Below the pieces are notes generated by a model. That model was not told where the DNA came from. It worked only from the letters and a program-made list of their open reading frames with translations, and did no database searches. The position numbers and the translations under genes are program-made. Positions 31,047 to 32,000 of a stretch of DNA of 32,000 bases are shown piece by piece; position 1 is the first letter of the stretch; each line of letters starts with the position of its first letter. Source of the stretch: Enterobacteriaceae endosymbiont of Donacia provostii (GTDB taxonomy: Bacteria; Pseudomonadota; Gammaproteobacteria; Enterobacterales; Enterobacteriaceae); NCBI RefSeq assembly GCF_012570145.1, contig NZ_CP046206.1, forward strand, positions 242,324 to 274,323. Direction: 5' to 3'.

Positions 31047-31463
31047 ATGACATTGTTAGCTTTTGATTATGGAACTAAAAATATAGGTGTTGCAGTAGGT
31101 CAAAGTATTATACGTATAGCACATACACTCAAGGTTATCAAAAATAAAAAATCTGGTGTAATTAATTGGATAAAAATTAATGATTTATTTAATCAATGGA
31201 AACCAATTAAAATTATTATTGGTTTACCATTACAAATGGATGGTAGTAATCAATATATTACTATTTTAGTTAAAAAATTTGCTATTCATATAAAAAAAAA
31301 ATTTCATATTAACAATATTGAATTTCATGATGAACGATTAAGTACAGTTGAAGCTAAAGATATTTTATTTACTAATGGAGGTTGGAAAACTTTACAAAAA
31401 AGTGATATAAATTCATTATCAGCATCAATTATTTTACAAAGTTGGTTTGAGAATAATAAATAA
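31047..31463 (+). CDS. ruvX: putative pre-16S rRNA nuclease / Holliday-junction resolvase-like protein YqgF
   Basis: 138-aa ORF. MTLLAFDYGTKNIGVAVGQ matches the YqgF N-terminus (E. coli ...LLAFDFGTKSIGVAVGQ), and ...IIGLPLQMDGS and HDERLSTVEAK also match. Confidence 0.92.
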   Translation: MTLLAFDYGTKNIGVAVGQSIIRIAHTLKVIKNKKSGVINWIKINDLFNQWKPIKIIIGLPLQMDGSNQYITILVKKFAIHIKKKFHINNIEFHDERLSTVEAKDILFTNGGWKTLQKSDINSLSASIILQSWFENNK

Positions 31464-31517
31464 ACATTCTGAATAAAATATTTTTGTAAAAATATTTTAT
31501 ATATTTTGGAGTTTTTT

Positions 31518-32000
31518 ATGATTAAAATTATATGTTTATATAAACATTTAATGAACATTATAATATTAATTTTTTTATTAAGACTATGGATTTATTATTC
31601 TATTAATAATTATTATAATTCTTTTATAAGATTTATTATAATGTTAACAGATATATGTACAAAATATATTAAAAAAATTTTTCCTATAAAAAATAATAAA
31701 TTAATATATATAATGTTAGTTTTCTTTTTTTTATTATTGAAATATCCTATAGTAATATTACTACAACATGAAAGTTTATTTGATCACAGTATAAAAACAT
31801 ATTTTTTAGTTAGTATATTAATATTATTGAAAATTGTTGGATGCTTTATATTTTATATTATTACTACATATTTAATATTAAATTATATTAATATAAGATT
31901 TTTAAATCTTAATGAAATTTTAGAAATATTTGTTAATCAAATATATTCTTCTATAAAAATAATATTTCCAGATATTTATTATTTAAATATTATTTTATTT
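31518..32000 (+). CDS. yggT: YggT-family integral membrane protein, N-terminal 161 codons (open to the right edge; not in the ORF track)
   Basis: An ATG at 31518 preceded by GGAG (31507-31510) opens a frame with no stop through 32000. The translation ...IFLLRLWIYYSINNYYNSFIRFIIMLTDICTKYIKKIFP...VSILILLKIVGCFIFYII parallels E. coli YggT (LLLRIWMQW..DFYNPFSQFVVKVTQP...RRVIP...LLILLKTIGLLIFWVLL) as I recall it. An internal ATG at 31551 is an alternative start. Confidence 0.7.
   Translation, partial: MIKIICLYKHLMNIIILIFLLRLWIYYSINNYYNSFIRFIIMLTDICTKYIKKIFPIKNNKLIYIMLVFFFLLLKYPIVILLQHESLFDHSIKTYFLVSILILLKIVGCFIFYIITTYLILNYINIRFLNLNEILEIFVNQIYSSIKIIFPDIYYLNIILF

Noticed and set aside
31325-31558. 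77-aa minus-strand ORF spanning the ruvX 3' end and the yggT start
   Set aside because: It is antisense to two genes with clear homology and has no motifs of its own.

Overview
This window is an extremely AT-rich, gene-dense stretch of housekeeping genes. It looks like the reduced genome of an obligate, Enterobacterales-derived (Buchnera-like) insect endosymbiont; I cannot name the species from sequence alone. Almost everything is translation or transcription core machinery arranged in E. coli-type synteny blocks:
- rpsB | map
- rpoD-dnaG-rpsU | tsaD ... uppP, cca, ribB
- a decayed argX-hisR-leuT-proM tRNA cluster
- rho-trxA, dksA, then sodA-aroE
- def-fmt, followed by the complete alpha, spc and S10 ribosomal-protein operons (rplQ through rpsJ, 28 genes including rpmJ and rpmD, which the ORF track misses)
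- ruvX and the start of yggT

The standard genetic code fits: Trp is TGG, stops are mostly TAA with a few TAG, and no ORF needs an in-frame TGA. I found no mobile element, CRISPR array, defence or toxin system, or any convincing novel gene system. The coding content is ordinary.

The points worth a second look are signatures of genome erosion:
- a colinear, 74-nt cloverleaf-shaped relic of a tRNA-Arg gene upstream of tRNA-His, with leuT cleanly deleted
- two ORF-free AT deserts (1.35 kb and 0.54 kb), one containing a single GC island
- a few long perfect hairpins at gene ends
- a CGPC to CNPC change in the thioredoxin active site
- gene-end overlaps created by deletion or stop-codon drift
- long homopolymers inside intact essential genes
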